Assembly: GCA_035084275.1 (NCBI GenBank)
Contig: CM068756.1
Span: 8,060,001-8,124,000 of the forward strand
Reading direction: 5' to 3'
Origin: Hydrolagus colliei
Lineage: Eukaryota
Length of the DNA stretch: 64,000 nt
Each line of letters starts with the position of its first letter. The first letter of the stretch is position 1. The notes under the pieces were generated by a model that did not search any database, had not been told where the DNA came from, and saw only the letters and a list, made by a program, of their open reading frames with translations. Positions 24,231 through 38,369 of this stretch are shown one piece after another. A program made the position numbers and the translations under genes.

Positions 24231-27200
24231 ATAGCATGTCCGTACACCAGAAAAGGCTTCCACTTTCAAATTAACCAATTAACCATCAGAGATTTTGCTT
24301 TGTGGAGCACACTGATCACTGGAGGTGAAAACATTTACACACCCATGATAAGTAAGAGGCACTCAGGGCCAGGCTGCTTATACCACACCAGCTGCTTTCA
24401 GTTCCAAATACTCCTGAGGGAACACAGAGGGGAGACTGCGCGATCCATCCGGGCTGTGTTAGCAGACAGAGTAAAATGACACTGTTGTGTACTCTGTGGC
24501 AAAACGGAATTCGAATGGCAAATGGAACGTATGCAAAAAGAGTTTCTTTTTAAAAAAAAGTCTTTGTTCCTTTTCAACCTACAAAATTATACTGAAGTTA
24601 TCCAAACTGATGTCATTCGTTCTTGAATGCATTTTGATTTTATTTCTGTTGGGCTCGGCTAATGTAAACCTAGAGTGTGGTTATAGAATGAACGAGATGC
24701 AGAGTTTTGTTTTCCTTCTGTTGAAAGGTGAGCTACAACTTAACAGTTTGACATCCTGTTTATAATTTATAATTTCATAGTTGCAGCTGACTCCACATTA
24801 ATCTTCAAAATGAACAGTAACTGGACCAGGAAATGAATGTGGTTATGGTGGAAGTTAACGTTGAGCTTTCAACAAGCAGGAATTTCATATTGTTAACACA
24901 ATGGATGCAGCTGAGGCTTTTACAGGTTAAATTAATTTAAGAGCATTCAGAAAGGTCCACATATTGATCAGTGCAGTGTGCCTAATGCTCAGAAGGTATT
25001 AGCATTTATGTACATGTTTGTGCAAAAGCATCAGGCTACTGTTTAGCTTTACACTCTGGTGAAGTACTGTATAAGGTCTTGAAGAAAGCCGAAGGCCTAT
25101 TTAATTATTAAGAGCAATAATGTATCATCAGGAAGTAGCATAAGCAATAGTCACTAGACAATCACAAATTGAAAAAGTGCATGTTTTTTCAATGAACACA
25201 TTTGTTCACGTTGGAAATATTTTGCTATACATTGTATGATATTCCTACAAGCCGTGAGTGAAGCCTAGGTTTTATTAAAGGCAAAGAGAGCGAGATTTGA
25301 GTAAGGACCCCACAGGCCCATTATCCATTCAGTTTAATTAAGCACATAAATTATTTGCTATTCTGAGTATAACTTATTTAACTTGTCAGAGGCATCATTT
25401 GTATCTGATATTCCGCTGCTGTCCATTTGTAACAGAATATTGCCAGCAGCATAACCATTAAAACATTCTGTTGCATTACCCGATTATTATAATCCCTCAG
25501 TGCTGATAGAATATAGATTTGTGCATGATCTTCTTTCATAAATCCTGAAGAAATATTACCGTAGCCCCAAATTAATCTGGATTTAAGCAGTTATTAGGAT
25601 TCAGAAGTTGAAGATGATCAGATGTTAAGTGGATTTTTATAATGAAGGCCTGTTTCAAGCAGGATTATTCCAAATTATCCTGTAAAAATATGATCTGCGT
25701 ATTCAGAGGCTATTAAAATGGTCCATTATTGATCCTCTTTTGAGGTTTTCATCAACAAACTCCAGACAGACTCTCGAGCTCTGGCAGTCACTGCTGTGTG
25801 CAAATGCAGCACATACTTTCAGCAACATAAATACACCGATTAAATGGAAAAACGATCTCTATTGACTCTTGCAATACAAATGTGGATGAAAGAAAGGAGA
25901 TGAGCCATCTCTTTCCATGCAGATCAGAAAAAAAAACTAGTGCTGGATGCAGTCATGTTGATGCAGACCTCAGGAGGTTAACAACATTGCTATGATACTT
26001 CACGTAGCTATTGCCCCTGACAATTAAAGCCACTGCATGTGATCAGCCTTAATGCACTGTTGTAAAAATGTACAATAGTTCAGGCCATAATAAGGAGGAA
26101 GGTGCATGTTAATGAGCTTTTAATAGCATATGTGAAAGCATTATTCCTCTCAGACTTGCTGAGCAGTGCTGAGCAGTTAGGGGGTTGTGTGCTACTGGGA
26201 GCTCAAGGCAATTGAGCTGTGTGAATGGAAACCCTTCAATTAACACTTATTCTGTGGGCCAAACAGGAACTCTGTACAGTCAGCACAACAATTGCAGTGA
26301 TGGGCACTTTGCAAAATGATATATTATTCTGCATCTTTAGCAGCAGACTGTGCTCAGAAATGTGAGAAACAATTTCAATCACAAAATCATTGTGCAGCAG
26401 AGACTTTGCTGCTGCCTGGTTTATTGGTTAAACTCTCTTGTTTTAACAACTACATCTTTGTATTCTTTTTCCACATGGCAGTACCACAGTCTACAGGTTA
26501 GCTCTGGCTAATGTTCAACAGAAACGTGTTGTGGATGTAATGTTTGTTTGTACACTGTGGGTGGAGGGCAGAGAGAGAGAGAGATTAGGATTGCAGCATT
26601 AAATCTTGATAAGACTGAAACTGCCCAAGGTCTTCCTGCTGTACAAAAATAATGCTTGTGTTATATTGAAACAAAATAAGAGTAAGATGGTCATTGAATC
26701 AGAGTTCATGGAAGAGATTCTCCACTGAGTGAAACACCACTCCTGAGCAGGCCAACACACTTCAGCAGAATTGCTCAATAAGGAATCCAAGTCATGCAAA
26801 TGGGGAATCCTTCCAGTAACTAACTGGAAGTAGGTCATGTCGACCAGCAGGAACAGAGTTCCCATGACTTGACAGGAATTCTAATAGGAATACCATTGAG
26901 AATTAAACTGGTCCCTTTTTAAAGTGTGCTCAGGTTGTCATGTTTCCATAGAGTGGCATGTCCAAAAAAAAACACATCTCTCGGTGGACATAGCAACCCT
27001 GAAAAAGACAAAAGCCAAAGCATCTCAGAGTTCTGTCTTTGCAACGTGAAATCGTACAAACTTATTGTTCACCGTGACCGGCTGTCTGCGACACTGCTCC
27101 AGCAATGCAGCAAAACCGAACAAATCCACAACCCTCTAAGTTAATGCGCATCCGAGAGTCTCTTATTGCCATTTACTTACGGTGTTGCATTATCTAACCT

Positions 27201-28234
27201 TAATTTGTGCTGCATTTGGTTCAGTTAATGGGATGAGTCATGCGTTCCATTAATGTGTAATTGATCAAATTTCATGGTGTAATATAATTTCAATATTTAT
27301 AACGCTTGCTTGTGAATAGAATCACTTTAGAAATGTGCCAAATGCCATCCATTGAGTCTCACTGAAGCATTGGTGATTGGGATAAAATTAATGTCTGTAT
27401 TTTCCCATACCGTCAGTACATTTGAATTAATCATAAACAGGCATAGGTTATAAATCATGTTAAATCAATAGGAGTCGACTGAAAGATGAACATTTCTGCA
27501 TAAAATTTGCTGAATGAAATAAAAATGGAAGAAAAACTTGTGGGCAAAAATTATTACCAAAACCCAAAGGCCAAAAAAAGAATATATAATATGCCATTGA
27601 GATTACCACACAGTAAACATCTATACAAAGACAGGACAAAGCAAATCACTTTATAATTTTTTATATTCGCTACTGAACTATACCGTATGATCAGACAATC
27701 TGAGAGGCTTAATATTCTCACTCAATATAGTCCTGAAAGCTTGAGAAAATAAAACACTCATTGATTAGTTTATAAGTTATAGTATTTATGACAATTATTC
27801 AATAAAAAACAGATATTTGGACAACTCCAGCAGAGTGCAATAATATTTTACTTGTACATTTCACATCAATAAAACAGTTATACTCTGCCTACTTTACATA
27901 CTATCTCATCCCTTTCAGTTTTAAAAAATAAAATCACCAGTCTGGGTCACAGAACCATATGTTAGTGTGTGATAATGTCCAGAAGAATTAATTATGAAGA
28001 AGATCAGAGGCTTTTCTGGAGGATTAATCATGTTTCAGCATGACATATTGAACAGTATACAGTAGGAGGTAAAAGAATGTTACGAATCTCTCCGATAAGA
28101 TCACTTATCTTAACTGCAATGTGTTAAATGACCCGTTGTTTAATTACGTTCTAACCCAATAAGGCAGTGTGTCCCATAGCATGCACCTTTTCCTTGGTAT
28201 AACTGACAGTGAGCCCAACCTTAAAATCATTTTA

Positions 28235-28550
28235 CTGACAGCAAGAGGCCATTCAAATCAATGTGCTTGCGGTGGCCTTGTGAAAATGCCCTATTTAGTC
28301 CCACTTCCCTAACCAGTTTCTCTTTAAACCTTTGGTCAAATTCCCCTTTGAATGCTATTAGAGATGCTGCTTCAACCAATGGTTTTGATCACTACCATCT
28401 ACTACTGAAAATCTCATTCACGTCTTCATCAGCTCTAGGCTTACGCCCGAGTTACAACTCACTGATGAGGAGCAGTAGCTTCTCCCCATTAATCTCATCA
28501 AAAACCCTCATAAAATTCTTCAGCACCTCTATTAGGCCTCCCCTCAATGC
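28235..28550 (-). mobile_element. CR1 LINE 3' fragment (old)
   Basis: GAGGCCATTC, TAGTCCCAC, CAAATTCCCCTTTGAATGCT..TGCTTCAACC parallel to the CR1 copy at 14380-14715. Confidence 0.65.
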
Positions 28551-31500
28551 AGAACTCTTTGTTCCAGCTTTAATATTTGCTAGTCTGCAGGAAAACATTA
28601 GTTAGTATGCATCACCTGAAACCACAGCAGCTATATTCAGATTTGTGCACAGAGAGGTCTAATGTACGGCTGGCGACTCTTTGTTTTTCCCGGAGGCCTT
28701 TGAGCTATTGAAGTTTCAAATTATTTTCCCTGCCACATACAACAAGTGCACTACTAGACTTTGAGCGCTTCAACAAAATAATTTCAAGCCTCTCTCGAAG
28801 GTGAATTTCATCCCCTGTAACTGTTAGATATTGTGTTGCTGTATTTATTATTTATTATAGCAGATGGGCTTTATTGAAAGTAATAAAGCATTAGATTGCT
28901 GATGCCATTGCTGGCTTTTTTTTCTAAAATCCCATTTTCTTTTCTCTTCCGAACGAACCAGGGAAAAACGGGGAAAAAAAAAGTCTGAGAACTGCTTTGA
29001 AAAGAACAATTAAAAAACAAGAGTAACACTTTATTTATTAATAGCAGTCCAGGACATGACATTAGTTAGTGTGTAATTTCCTATGCATCATGCCCCCATA
29101 GAGCCTGTTTTCTGTGTTTAAAATAATGATCACATGGTGAAGTCGAGACAAGTGCTTAATAGACTAATAATTAACTAGTGTTGGCAATTTTCAATTTCAA
29201 TCCTCCAGGACAATGTGGGATGTGATGAAGGAAAATTAATCAATCCACGTTTTTAAAACTTTGTCGGCTCCTTCCCACTGTTACACTGACTTTTAACAAG
29301 GTTCAGAAGACTGTGGGTATTTTACTACTCTACAGTGGGTGGCGCTCTTACCACAAATGAATGATGTGCACCAACACGCACAACAGGCCTCTCGTCCAGC
29401 TCCCGCCCCTGCATATCTGGGAATGTCCTGATTTAGAGATCAGTTCCCATTAGCTTAGTGAGTTGGCGAAAGACATTTTCAGTGGTTGGGGGGTTGACGG
29501 GACGGTGAGGAAATGACACAGGGTTTGGCTTCGCTTGTGAGAGTTATTGTCTGCAGTTGGGTGATGATAGGGTGAGAGAGTCCAGCAGGTTGTGAGCCAA
29601 TGTTCTTCGCAGCCAGATGAGCAAATCAACGTTCCCTGGACTGACATGATAAAAGGATACCCTCAACTGACTGAATCTTTTTGCAAAACTATTCTGATCT
29701 CACTACTTAACTCATCAGCCATCACTGGTGGACATTTGCATCTCAATTATACAGTACCTCCGAGATCTGAATTCAAATGAAATTACCTCCAAACGTGTAA
29801 CATAATCACCCAGTGTCACTCCTGAACTTGTGGTTGCAAAATGGTTTCTGGGTTAATAATATATCTGCCATTAAAATTGAAAACATTCTAGTGATACCAG
29901 GGTAGATATTCTTTCATTTAAGGATATAGATATAAGGAACCCTGGACATGTACTTAAGATGCACTAGAAGCAAGGATAACTGAGATATTAGGTGAAGTGT
30001 ATGTGATTCACTTATTTTCTTACTAGTCCTTTTCAATTATATTATCCTGCCAGACCCTGTTCTCTGAGTATCCTCATTCCTTTTGCTGGTATCTGTCTCA
30101 GTGTCTGGTAACCCCTGGTGTTCATTTCAGTGTTACATATCCTAGCCACAGCAATCTCCTTTTTTTGTGATTACCTTCTATCCTCTGCACTACTTCTTTT
30201 GTCTTGTCAGTGTTAGTGACAAGCGAGATTCCATCTCGCTTCTAATACTTTATGCAGCAACAGTAGAAACTGTGGCTATCACCTTTGGAGAAGACAGCTT
30301 CCAAGAATTTGCATTGCAAGGATTTGTGTCATGAAACTTCAAAGGATAATGACATTTTCTCACACAGTGTACCAAAACTTTCAGAAGAAGCTTCAGCTCC
30401 ATGCTAAGATCTGATCTGTTTTGCTGCTATGTTTAGGACACAAATATTTAGTAGCATTTCCTCTAGTGAGCTGAACCAACATAGGAATTGGTCATCCACT
30501 GGTGTTACTGTTGACCTCAAGTTGAAAGATTACGCAAATATTATGCAAAAGAAGAGCCCTTAGCTTGGGATTTAATACAATGCCATTGGAATTGTTGATT
30601 CTAAATTATAAATAAGAGCCTGTGTTCATGTTTGATTGCTTTCCAGTGACTGCTGTAGCAAAGTGTCCATAGCAGTCAACAAATGGATGTCAGATAGACA
30701 GAATCAGGATCTTGATGCCCCTTGGATCTGCCAGCACTGAATCTAGGTTCACACATGAACAATGACTAATTTGGGCGTGATAATACCAGAGGGTAGCCTG
30801 GCACCAGAGAATCTAGCCAGAAACAGCATCTTCACAAACAATAGGAAAAATTGGAGCAATAGGAAAAAATTTGTAAAAAAATCTGAAGGCTTTCTGGGTC
30901 TATTACCATTTCACCTGTGTGTAAACCACCAAACTTCATATATAATGAGTAATTGGCATTATTAATGATCCTTTGTCTTTTAAAAAGCTTGTTTCGGGAT
31001 GGAAATTTAAAAAAAAATTAACATGCTAAAACAAGTTTTGATCTAAATGGATTTTAGAATGATTTCCCCGACTGGCTTCCCTGCTTGTGAATGTGAGTTC
31101 TTTACTACTCTCTGCTCATCCCCAACCTGAAAATCAATAGGCAACTGAGTGACGGCGGCTGTAAAGAGACAAGCTGCCTGCACATTCCAGGTTGAAAGTG
31201 TCATAAGAACCAATGCTGTTGAACAGCGTGAGTAGCTAGTATTCCCTTCGATTGTATGGGAGAATTATTATACATCCTTGCTTTTAAAATAAAAACCTCA
31301 GGTATTGGTAGTTCCTAAAGTTCCACAGACTCAACTAAGTCTTAGGCTTTTGCCTTTGAAATTTAAGATTGTGCAGAACTGTGCAAACATTTTTAAATGT
31401 GGAAGTCGGTTTTCCACAGATCTTCGAAACAATCAGCTCCCAAAGGAAGACTGGTATTAAGTATTTTCCTATGGCTTTGAAATGTTAGACAAAATGGTCT

Positions 31501-34169
31501 TACAGGCCCAGACTAGGTGGAATTTCACTTTGTCTTAGCCTCCAAGACTGAGCTTTATAGTGTTTCCCCCTCTCAGGCAAGATGGTGAGATTGTCCACAA
31601 TGTGCTATAGAGCCAAGCGGGCACACCACAATAATAAAATAGAATTTATTGGGAAAAGGTAAAATAGCTTCCCCTCCAAAAATAACCAGTCATTGGGGAA
31701 AAGCAAACTGCTAGGATAAGCCAAATGACCTAGAGTTAGACAAGGTGTACAGTGAAGTGTTTATTCGTTAAAATGCAATAAGCCTTTGTAAATCATTTAT
31801 ACATTTGTCCCCAAGCAATTTTAGAATAATTTCCATTAATAAAACAGATTTTTTCGTTAGAAGCAAATGTCCTGCAGGAAAAAACTACAAACCAAAGCTG
31901 CATGGGGTTGAAACCTACCGGGAGAGGGTGGGGGGGGTGCGGGGTGGGGGAGAAATTTGAGGAGTTTGTTTAAGGATATTTTTGTTCTGAGGGAGATGAA
32001 AGAACATAATTGTTTTGTGCCACTGTTAATACGAAAATTCCCTCCTGTCTAAGTTAATCAGGATTAATTTATTATCCAGCTAAAGAGAATCAACCACCAC
32101 ATAGTCATGCACTCATATGTCACAAACTGGGAGCTAAAACATTCTTGTTTTGAATGCGTGAACAAGAATGTTAAAATTCTTGTTGGACCATTCAGAAAAC
32201 AAACTCGTCCCAAACCACGACAGCGGTCAGCTCTTTGTCTAACGCAATCCTTTCAATGGAAGTCCTACAGCTTATTCACAAAAAAACTGATACAAAGAGT
32301 TAAAAGCTCTTGTTTTTTTTAATTTGCCTGTTCCCCCCAATATTTGAGTACGCATGAGATCATTGCCAATACACATTACCAGTGATACAGGGGAAACTGG
32401 CTCACAAGAGTCACTGAGCCTGACACTGTCAGAAAGCTGAATTAACATAATTAGTTGAAATGACGTGATCACTGAAGCTCACTGGGTTAATGACTGCATC
32501 TATTGATATATCTGTAATCGGTTGATTCTTAAAAGGGGTGCAGATGGTGAGCCTCTCTCTCTCTTTAATACAATGCTTCAATTAATCTAATATTATACTC
32601 TATACCATGCCAGCAATATCCAGTACCGTTGTATATCGTTGCATTTTCCATTACTGGGGAGCACGCAATGATATGACTTATTCAGACAGATATGGCAGGG
32701 CAGGGCTGGAAGAGCTCTGCATAGGGAGCTGGAAAATCACACTCGGAAAGCAATTCACCAGCCGATTCGTGCCCTAATTGTATTTTCTAAAGGGAATGAG
32801 GGGAAAGGAGATGAGCTGACCATTTTAAACTTACAGGGTCAAATAAATTTTAAAGAAAGGAAACAAAATGCAGGCTTTGTGCAGTCAAGAAACCAAACTG
32901 ACACAAGACTACCATTTTGGGGTGCGCTGGTTTACTCTGGCACTATCAGGATTAGGCTGATGGAAGGAGGATTGCAAAAATACACTCTCACAGCAATGTT
33001 ACGCTACAGTTGCATTCCAAGAATATCCAGGATCAGTTGACGCCTGGATCCCAAGTCTATAATCACTTGTCACTGCATTAAAGTTGGTTCCCGGTTTCTC
33101 AGTATGGTGGTGGATAAGTAGAGACAGACTCATTTATAACTTCAGACTTCCTTTCACCTGAAAGTCCTTTTCACCTCTGAATTGCTCATCAGATTTTATA
33201 AGATCTGTGCAGCGGTTAAACATTTCCTCCCAAAGTGAGAGAAAACAAATCAAATATTGGTTATCACCATTGTCATCTGTGTCCTAGCCTAATTCCTCAC
33301 CTCCAACATATGAGCATTTAAATAATTTTTTTGTTTATCCAGGATGGGGAGTGGGGGCAGGAGGTGTAGGAATGGAAGGAGTCACAGGCACAAAATAGCA
33401 TTTGATGGAGATTATTCAACATTATGCTGTTGGACAGCCTGTGTCAGAAAACTGAATTATAAGGCCACCTATAAATCTTCTATTTTGCACAATATGAATA
33501 TCCGTTCTGATATAGTCTCACAATGCATCCATTTTATTCCGCTCAATAAAACACTCACATGAAAATCATCTGCAAACAGTAAACACAGACACAATTTATA
33601 CAAATGTGTCACATGCAGACCCATAACCCTCCGATTCAGAATGCATGGATTATAGGCATAATAGAACAATAACAGTCGTTGGGAAATAGATCTTCAGCAG
33701 ATAATGTGTGCCTTATTCTGTGAATTTAATCATATGACACAGTAATAAAAATTCAGAAATGATTCTTTGTATAAATTTGTATTTTAGAACTCAAGTTAAT
33801 TAATACCAGCCCAGTGTTGATATTTGATATCAGTTTTGGACTATTTTTCTTTTCAGTTATCTTTGCTTGACTTAGATTAATGCCAAATATAAAAAGTACT
33901 GATAAACTCACTAATCATTCTGTAAATTAGTACTAATGCCATAGCATTGAACAAACACAGAACTGCAGACTGCAAAATGTAACGTTGGAAAATCCCAATA
34001 TATAAAGACCTCCAAGGCTTCCCATTCCTCAACTATTGACTCAGCCCACAGGTCAGATTCCACGTTTGCCAGTAGCACCCAGCTTTACCGCCTCCAGCCT
34101 CAACTCCAGAATTATTGTTTCTCCTGTTTTTGGTGACTTTGGGAGGACTGGATTTACTGCAAGTTATGT

Positions 34170-34420
34170 ACATTCAACTGTATTTTGTCAGCAATCACTC
34201 TGACCAATTTGCACACAGCAATGTTCCATGATGTGAATGATCACTTTTATCTGGGGATTCGTTGATGAGGGCACCAGGAGAAAGTACCTTCTCTTTTTGA
34301 ATATTGTCACGGGATGTTTAACATGTGCCAGAATAAGCAGATGGGACTGTAGTTTAACGTCGCATCTAAGAGACGGCATCTCCAACAACAGCGCAAACAC
34401 CCAGCACTGCACAATCAGCC
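34170..34420 (-). mobile_element. Deu-domain SINE, decayed
   Basis: CCAATTTGCACACAGCA..GTTTAACGTCGCATCTAAGAGACGGCATCTCCAACA..CAGCACTGCAC is the reverse complement of the Deu core. Confidence 0.8.
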
Positions 34421-36039
34421 TTGATCAAACATACCGCCAATTCATTATGAAGTGACATTTGCTTGAATTACTGAATGCAAAAGAACCCAAAAGAAAATCA
34501 GACAAGTGGCTACATTGGTTTGTTGACTTATGTGAAAAAGAAGAAAAACACCCCTTGCCTTGGGCGACCCAGGTAGTTCCACATGAAATCACAACCCTAA
34601 AGTACTTGCAGAAAAACGCAGATAAGCACATGAAGGATTTTTAGGAATCCTTTGCCAAGCTGCATGTTCAGATCAACTCAGCACAGCATTTGAACCTGCA
34701 ACACTGGTCTAGTAATGCACTTTTATCCACTACACCATCGGCAGAATCTGTACCTTGTTTGTTTTGTTGCACGCCATGTAATGTGAATAATAAGGAACAG
34801 CTTTCAAATTCACTAAAATGTTTCCTCATTTCCACAGAAAAATTATACATACCCATTCAGTGCTGGGAAATGGTTAAGTCTGTAGGTTTTCAAAATACAC
34901 ATGGCACCCAACTCAATACTAGGTTCTATTTATGTATAAGATCTTAAGCCAGTGGAAATACCATACTCTGAGCTCTTTAAAAACACTCTATAACTGTCCT
35001 ATTATTATAAATACAAAAACAGCATTTTTCAATTAAATGTCTTCACAATACGGTGCATTTTGCATGAAGTATATACTCCTGATAAGCAAACACACAATTT
35101 AGAAAATCAGTTGTACATTTAACAAGAATGCACTGTACCACAAAACCCAATATCCCAACTTAAAAAAGATTTTGTATCCATACAAGCGTTATCTGAGATC
35201 TCCCAGAGGGCCAGCTACCCCATGCATGTCCCCATACATTAACAATGTCTGTGGACCCATAATGAACACATTTAAAAGTATCTAGCGGTTTGTATTCAAC
35301 TTGATGTATTGTAATTAATTGTACTACAAATGAAGAAATTAGTAGAAAATAGCTTGCAGCAACTTTCTTCCCTATTGAAAGAATTTAATTAGTTGTTTGC
35401 AATTTATCTTCCCATCTGAGTGTTTCAAATGATTACCATTAGTTCAAGCTATGAATCTTGTGAAGCATGGCAGGACCGAAGAGTGAATTTCCATTTTTCT
35501 ATCTAAATAAAAACCATGCATATGTTGGCTAATATACTAGCATTGAACCACATGTCTCAATTAGTGATTTATCTTCATGTTACCAATGTTAAAAAGTCTT
35601 CACTTAACGTTTTGAAATGAACACTTTAGAGATTAAAGACTTTGAATGTTTTGGTTTATATTTCTTGCTGGAAAAAGTTTTTTTTTAATTTTTAAAACAC
35701 ACAACTTTAGTCAGTGAGCCACTTAGTAAATCATATTGATTGCATTCACCTACAATATACACAGTCACTACACGTTACAGCATGCGCTGTGATGCATCCT
35801 TGAGATGTCCTGCTGATGTAAAACAACACTATATCAAGTTAAGGATTTTTTAAATTTCTGTTTTATGTATTGGATCTACGTGGAGCTGTTGCTGACATTT
35901 AACACATTTCCCGCACTAAGATAACATACTCTTTGTGGAAACAGACCAGTATTTGAAGAGAATTCAAACAGTTAAAGACAAAATGTTAAAGCTGGATTAA
36001 AGTTAACGGTTGATCACATGTGCTGTACTTATTTTTCCA

Positions 36040-36435
36040 CCGCCCCAAGCCAGTCAGGAACCTAGGTGTCTTGTTTGATCCTCAACTGTCTTTCCTCCCC
36101 ACATCCAAGCCATCCTAACCCCCTACCAATCTGCCTGCTCCCTCCGCTCAGCAGGTTCCAGCCTGCTTCATGTCGCCCGACACACCTGCCCCACCCATTG
36201 GCGGGTGAGCCTAACCTCTGAAATTCCATCCTGCCGTCCCTCCGCTTCATCCCCTCCCTAGCCTCATTCACGGTCCGCCTCAAGACAATCCTCTTCAATG
36301 GTGTCATCGATCACCCAAAATCCCCTTCTTTCCCTCCACCCTCCCCAATTTCGATCCCAGCTCGGGTCTGAAACATTGTGCCTTGGGACATCCTCCTGAC
36401 GTGAAAGGCACCATACAAATGTAATTTTGTTGTTT
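36040..36435 (+). mobile_element. L2 LINE 3' fragment with internal deletion
   Basis: Translates VRNLGVLFDPQLSF (L2 RT C-terminal motif), later LKTILF; tail GCCTTGGGACATCCTCCTGACGTGAAAGGCAC..TTTTGTTGTT. Confidence 0.9.
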
Positions 36436-37579
36436 TTTGAAAAATCTGGAAAAAGTGGCCAATGTATCTTGTGGGAAACAATGTATCCCCATTAGCACAA
36501 AAAATAATTTCTGGCTCTTAAAATATCCAAATCTTTCAAAGATTCTGAAAATATTTAAATCGGTGGATATTACTCTAAACTGAAAGCAACGTTTCAGGGC
36601 AAAGCGTAATTTCAGCTTTGCCTTGGCTGAGTTGCCATGATGGTTCTTGTTGGGAACAATGTACTGAGATCATTTGAAGTATTCTTGCCCTGGAAGAAGA
36701 GGGCTGGAAGGGAAACACTATCCATCAGGTTGGCTTGCCTGATTTGGGCCTCCTCAATATCACCTATGTACACATTATATATGGTGACAGGCCTAATCTG
36801 AGTGACTGAATTTAGTTTCTTGTCACGTGTTTGAGTAGTATATCTTGAATAGTGATCCTGTACTTAGCATTTAGTGAAGCTTTGGCCACTTTGCATTTGG
36901 CAAAATCACCTGAAAAAATCCTTCTATTGAGCTACAAAAGGATTAGTTGGGGGACAAAGCAAGAGGAAACTTGCGAGTCTTTTATACTGGATGACAAGTT
37001 TCTATTCCAGGCATTTTGGAATAGGTTCCTATTCCAGGTATTTTGATGAGCTGAATTTTTTTTTACCAAAAGCACATAAAATTTATAAGCTTTGCAGCAG
37101 TTTCCTTGTTAATTTCAACAGAGTAAACAGCACCGTTTTAATATAATGTCTATAGCTGCTGCTGCATAATATCTACATGTCTAAAAGGTTCATTAGTAAT
37201 CAAAAAGGAACTCAGGTGCAAGACTTATGTCACTGAAATATCAATATGAATAAAAATGGCTGTTTGCTTTCTAATTCTGATGTGTCCTCCTAACTATGCA
37301 AGTCTCAATGTTTGGGTTTTGCAGCAGATACAAATCAACAGGTAGCTCAGGTGTCGGAATAAAATCGGACGCAAGCTCCTATAAGTGTACTTACTCAGTT
37401 TCTTCATTTCACATTTTCTTATTAGAGGACCTGCACATAGTTTCTAGATACTCCAGTTTATTTCTCATCAACACTGCAGTTTATTCCTGCAACAACACTA
37501 ATAGGTTCTTTTAAAAACAAATGCACATATCCAGAGATCCCTATAGTGGTGTGGATCAAGAAGTGTCTTATTTCACCCA

Positions 37580-37684
37580 AAAAGTATACAGGTTTACCAT
37601 ACAGTGTATTATGTGAAGCGTTTTGTGATGTCTTGAAGATGTGATAAGGTGCTATACCAAATGCAAGGATTATTATCATTATTA
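37580..37684 (+). mobile_element. SINE 3' tail, (ATT)n type
   Basis: GTGAAGCGTTTTGTGATGTCTTGAAGATGTGATAAGGTGCTATACCAAATGCAAGGATTATTA. Confidence 0.85.
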
Positions 37685-37794
37685 CTTGAACTCATCCTTG
37701 CAAAATACCAACAATGATTTATGAAATTACTGTTGAAAGGTGTGATCGCAAACAATGTTTGAGGTCAAGTACCCAATGGTGGTAATAATGCCTC

Positions 37795-38135
37795 AATACT
37801 TGCATTTGATACAGAATCTTTCAAGTCAGGAGAATGTCTCAAACATACGATTACTGTAAAATGTTAGTGACTGTAGTTTACAGGCGAATGCAGCATTTCG
37901 CTTGTACCCAGCAATGTACCACAACCATCGACTAATTTTACCTGGGGTTTTGTGGCCAGGATACAGGTAGAAAATCTTCTTGTTTTTGTAAAACATTTAG
38001 TGCCATGGGAACTTTAACTTCCCCTGGAACAGGCAAATAGGGCCTTGCTTTAATATTTCATCCAAACGATAGCAGACTCGGACAATGCAACGTAGCCCAG
38101 CACTGATTGGAACATCAGCCTGGACTGTGGGTTAA
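37795..38135 (-). mobile_element. Deu-domain SINE, decayed
   Basis: CTTGCATTTGATA tail, TAGTGCCATGGGAACTTTAAC..TTTAATATTTCATCCAAA..CAGCACTG..ATCAGCCTGGA core. Confidence 0.7.
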
Positions 38136-38304
38136 AGTGGAATGGGATGGGATATGGTAACCAGGTTACAGATACTGTTCAGGTATACTATTCATTGCAT
38201 CATAGTTGTCCACAATTCTTTTGAAAACTAGCTTCTGAATCAATATTGATAGTAAGATTGTTCCACTACTACATTAGGTTAAATAGTCAGACAATGATCT
38301 TACT

Positions 38305-38369
38305 GCTGGACGTCCTCCTGACATGAAAGGCGCTTTATAAGTTTAAGTTGTTGTTGTTGTTGTTGTTGC
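38305..38369 (+). mobile_element. L2-type tail fragment with (GTT)n microsatellite
   Basis: GGACGTCCTCCTGACATGAAAGGCGCTTTATAAGTTTAA(GTT)n. Confidence 0.85.
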
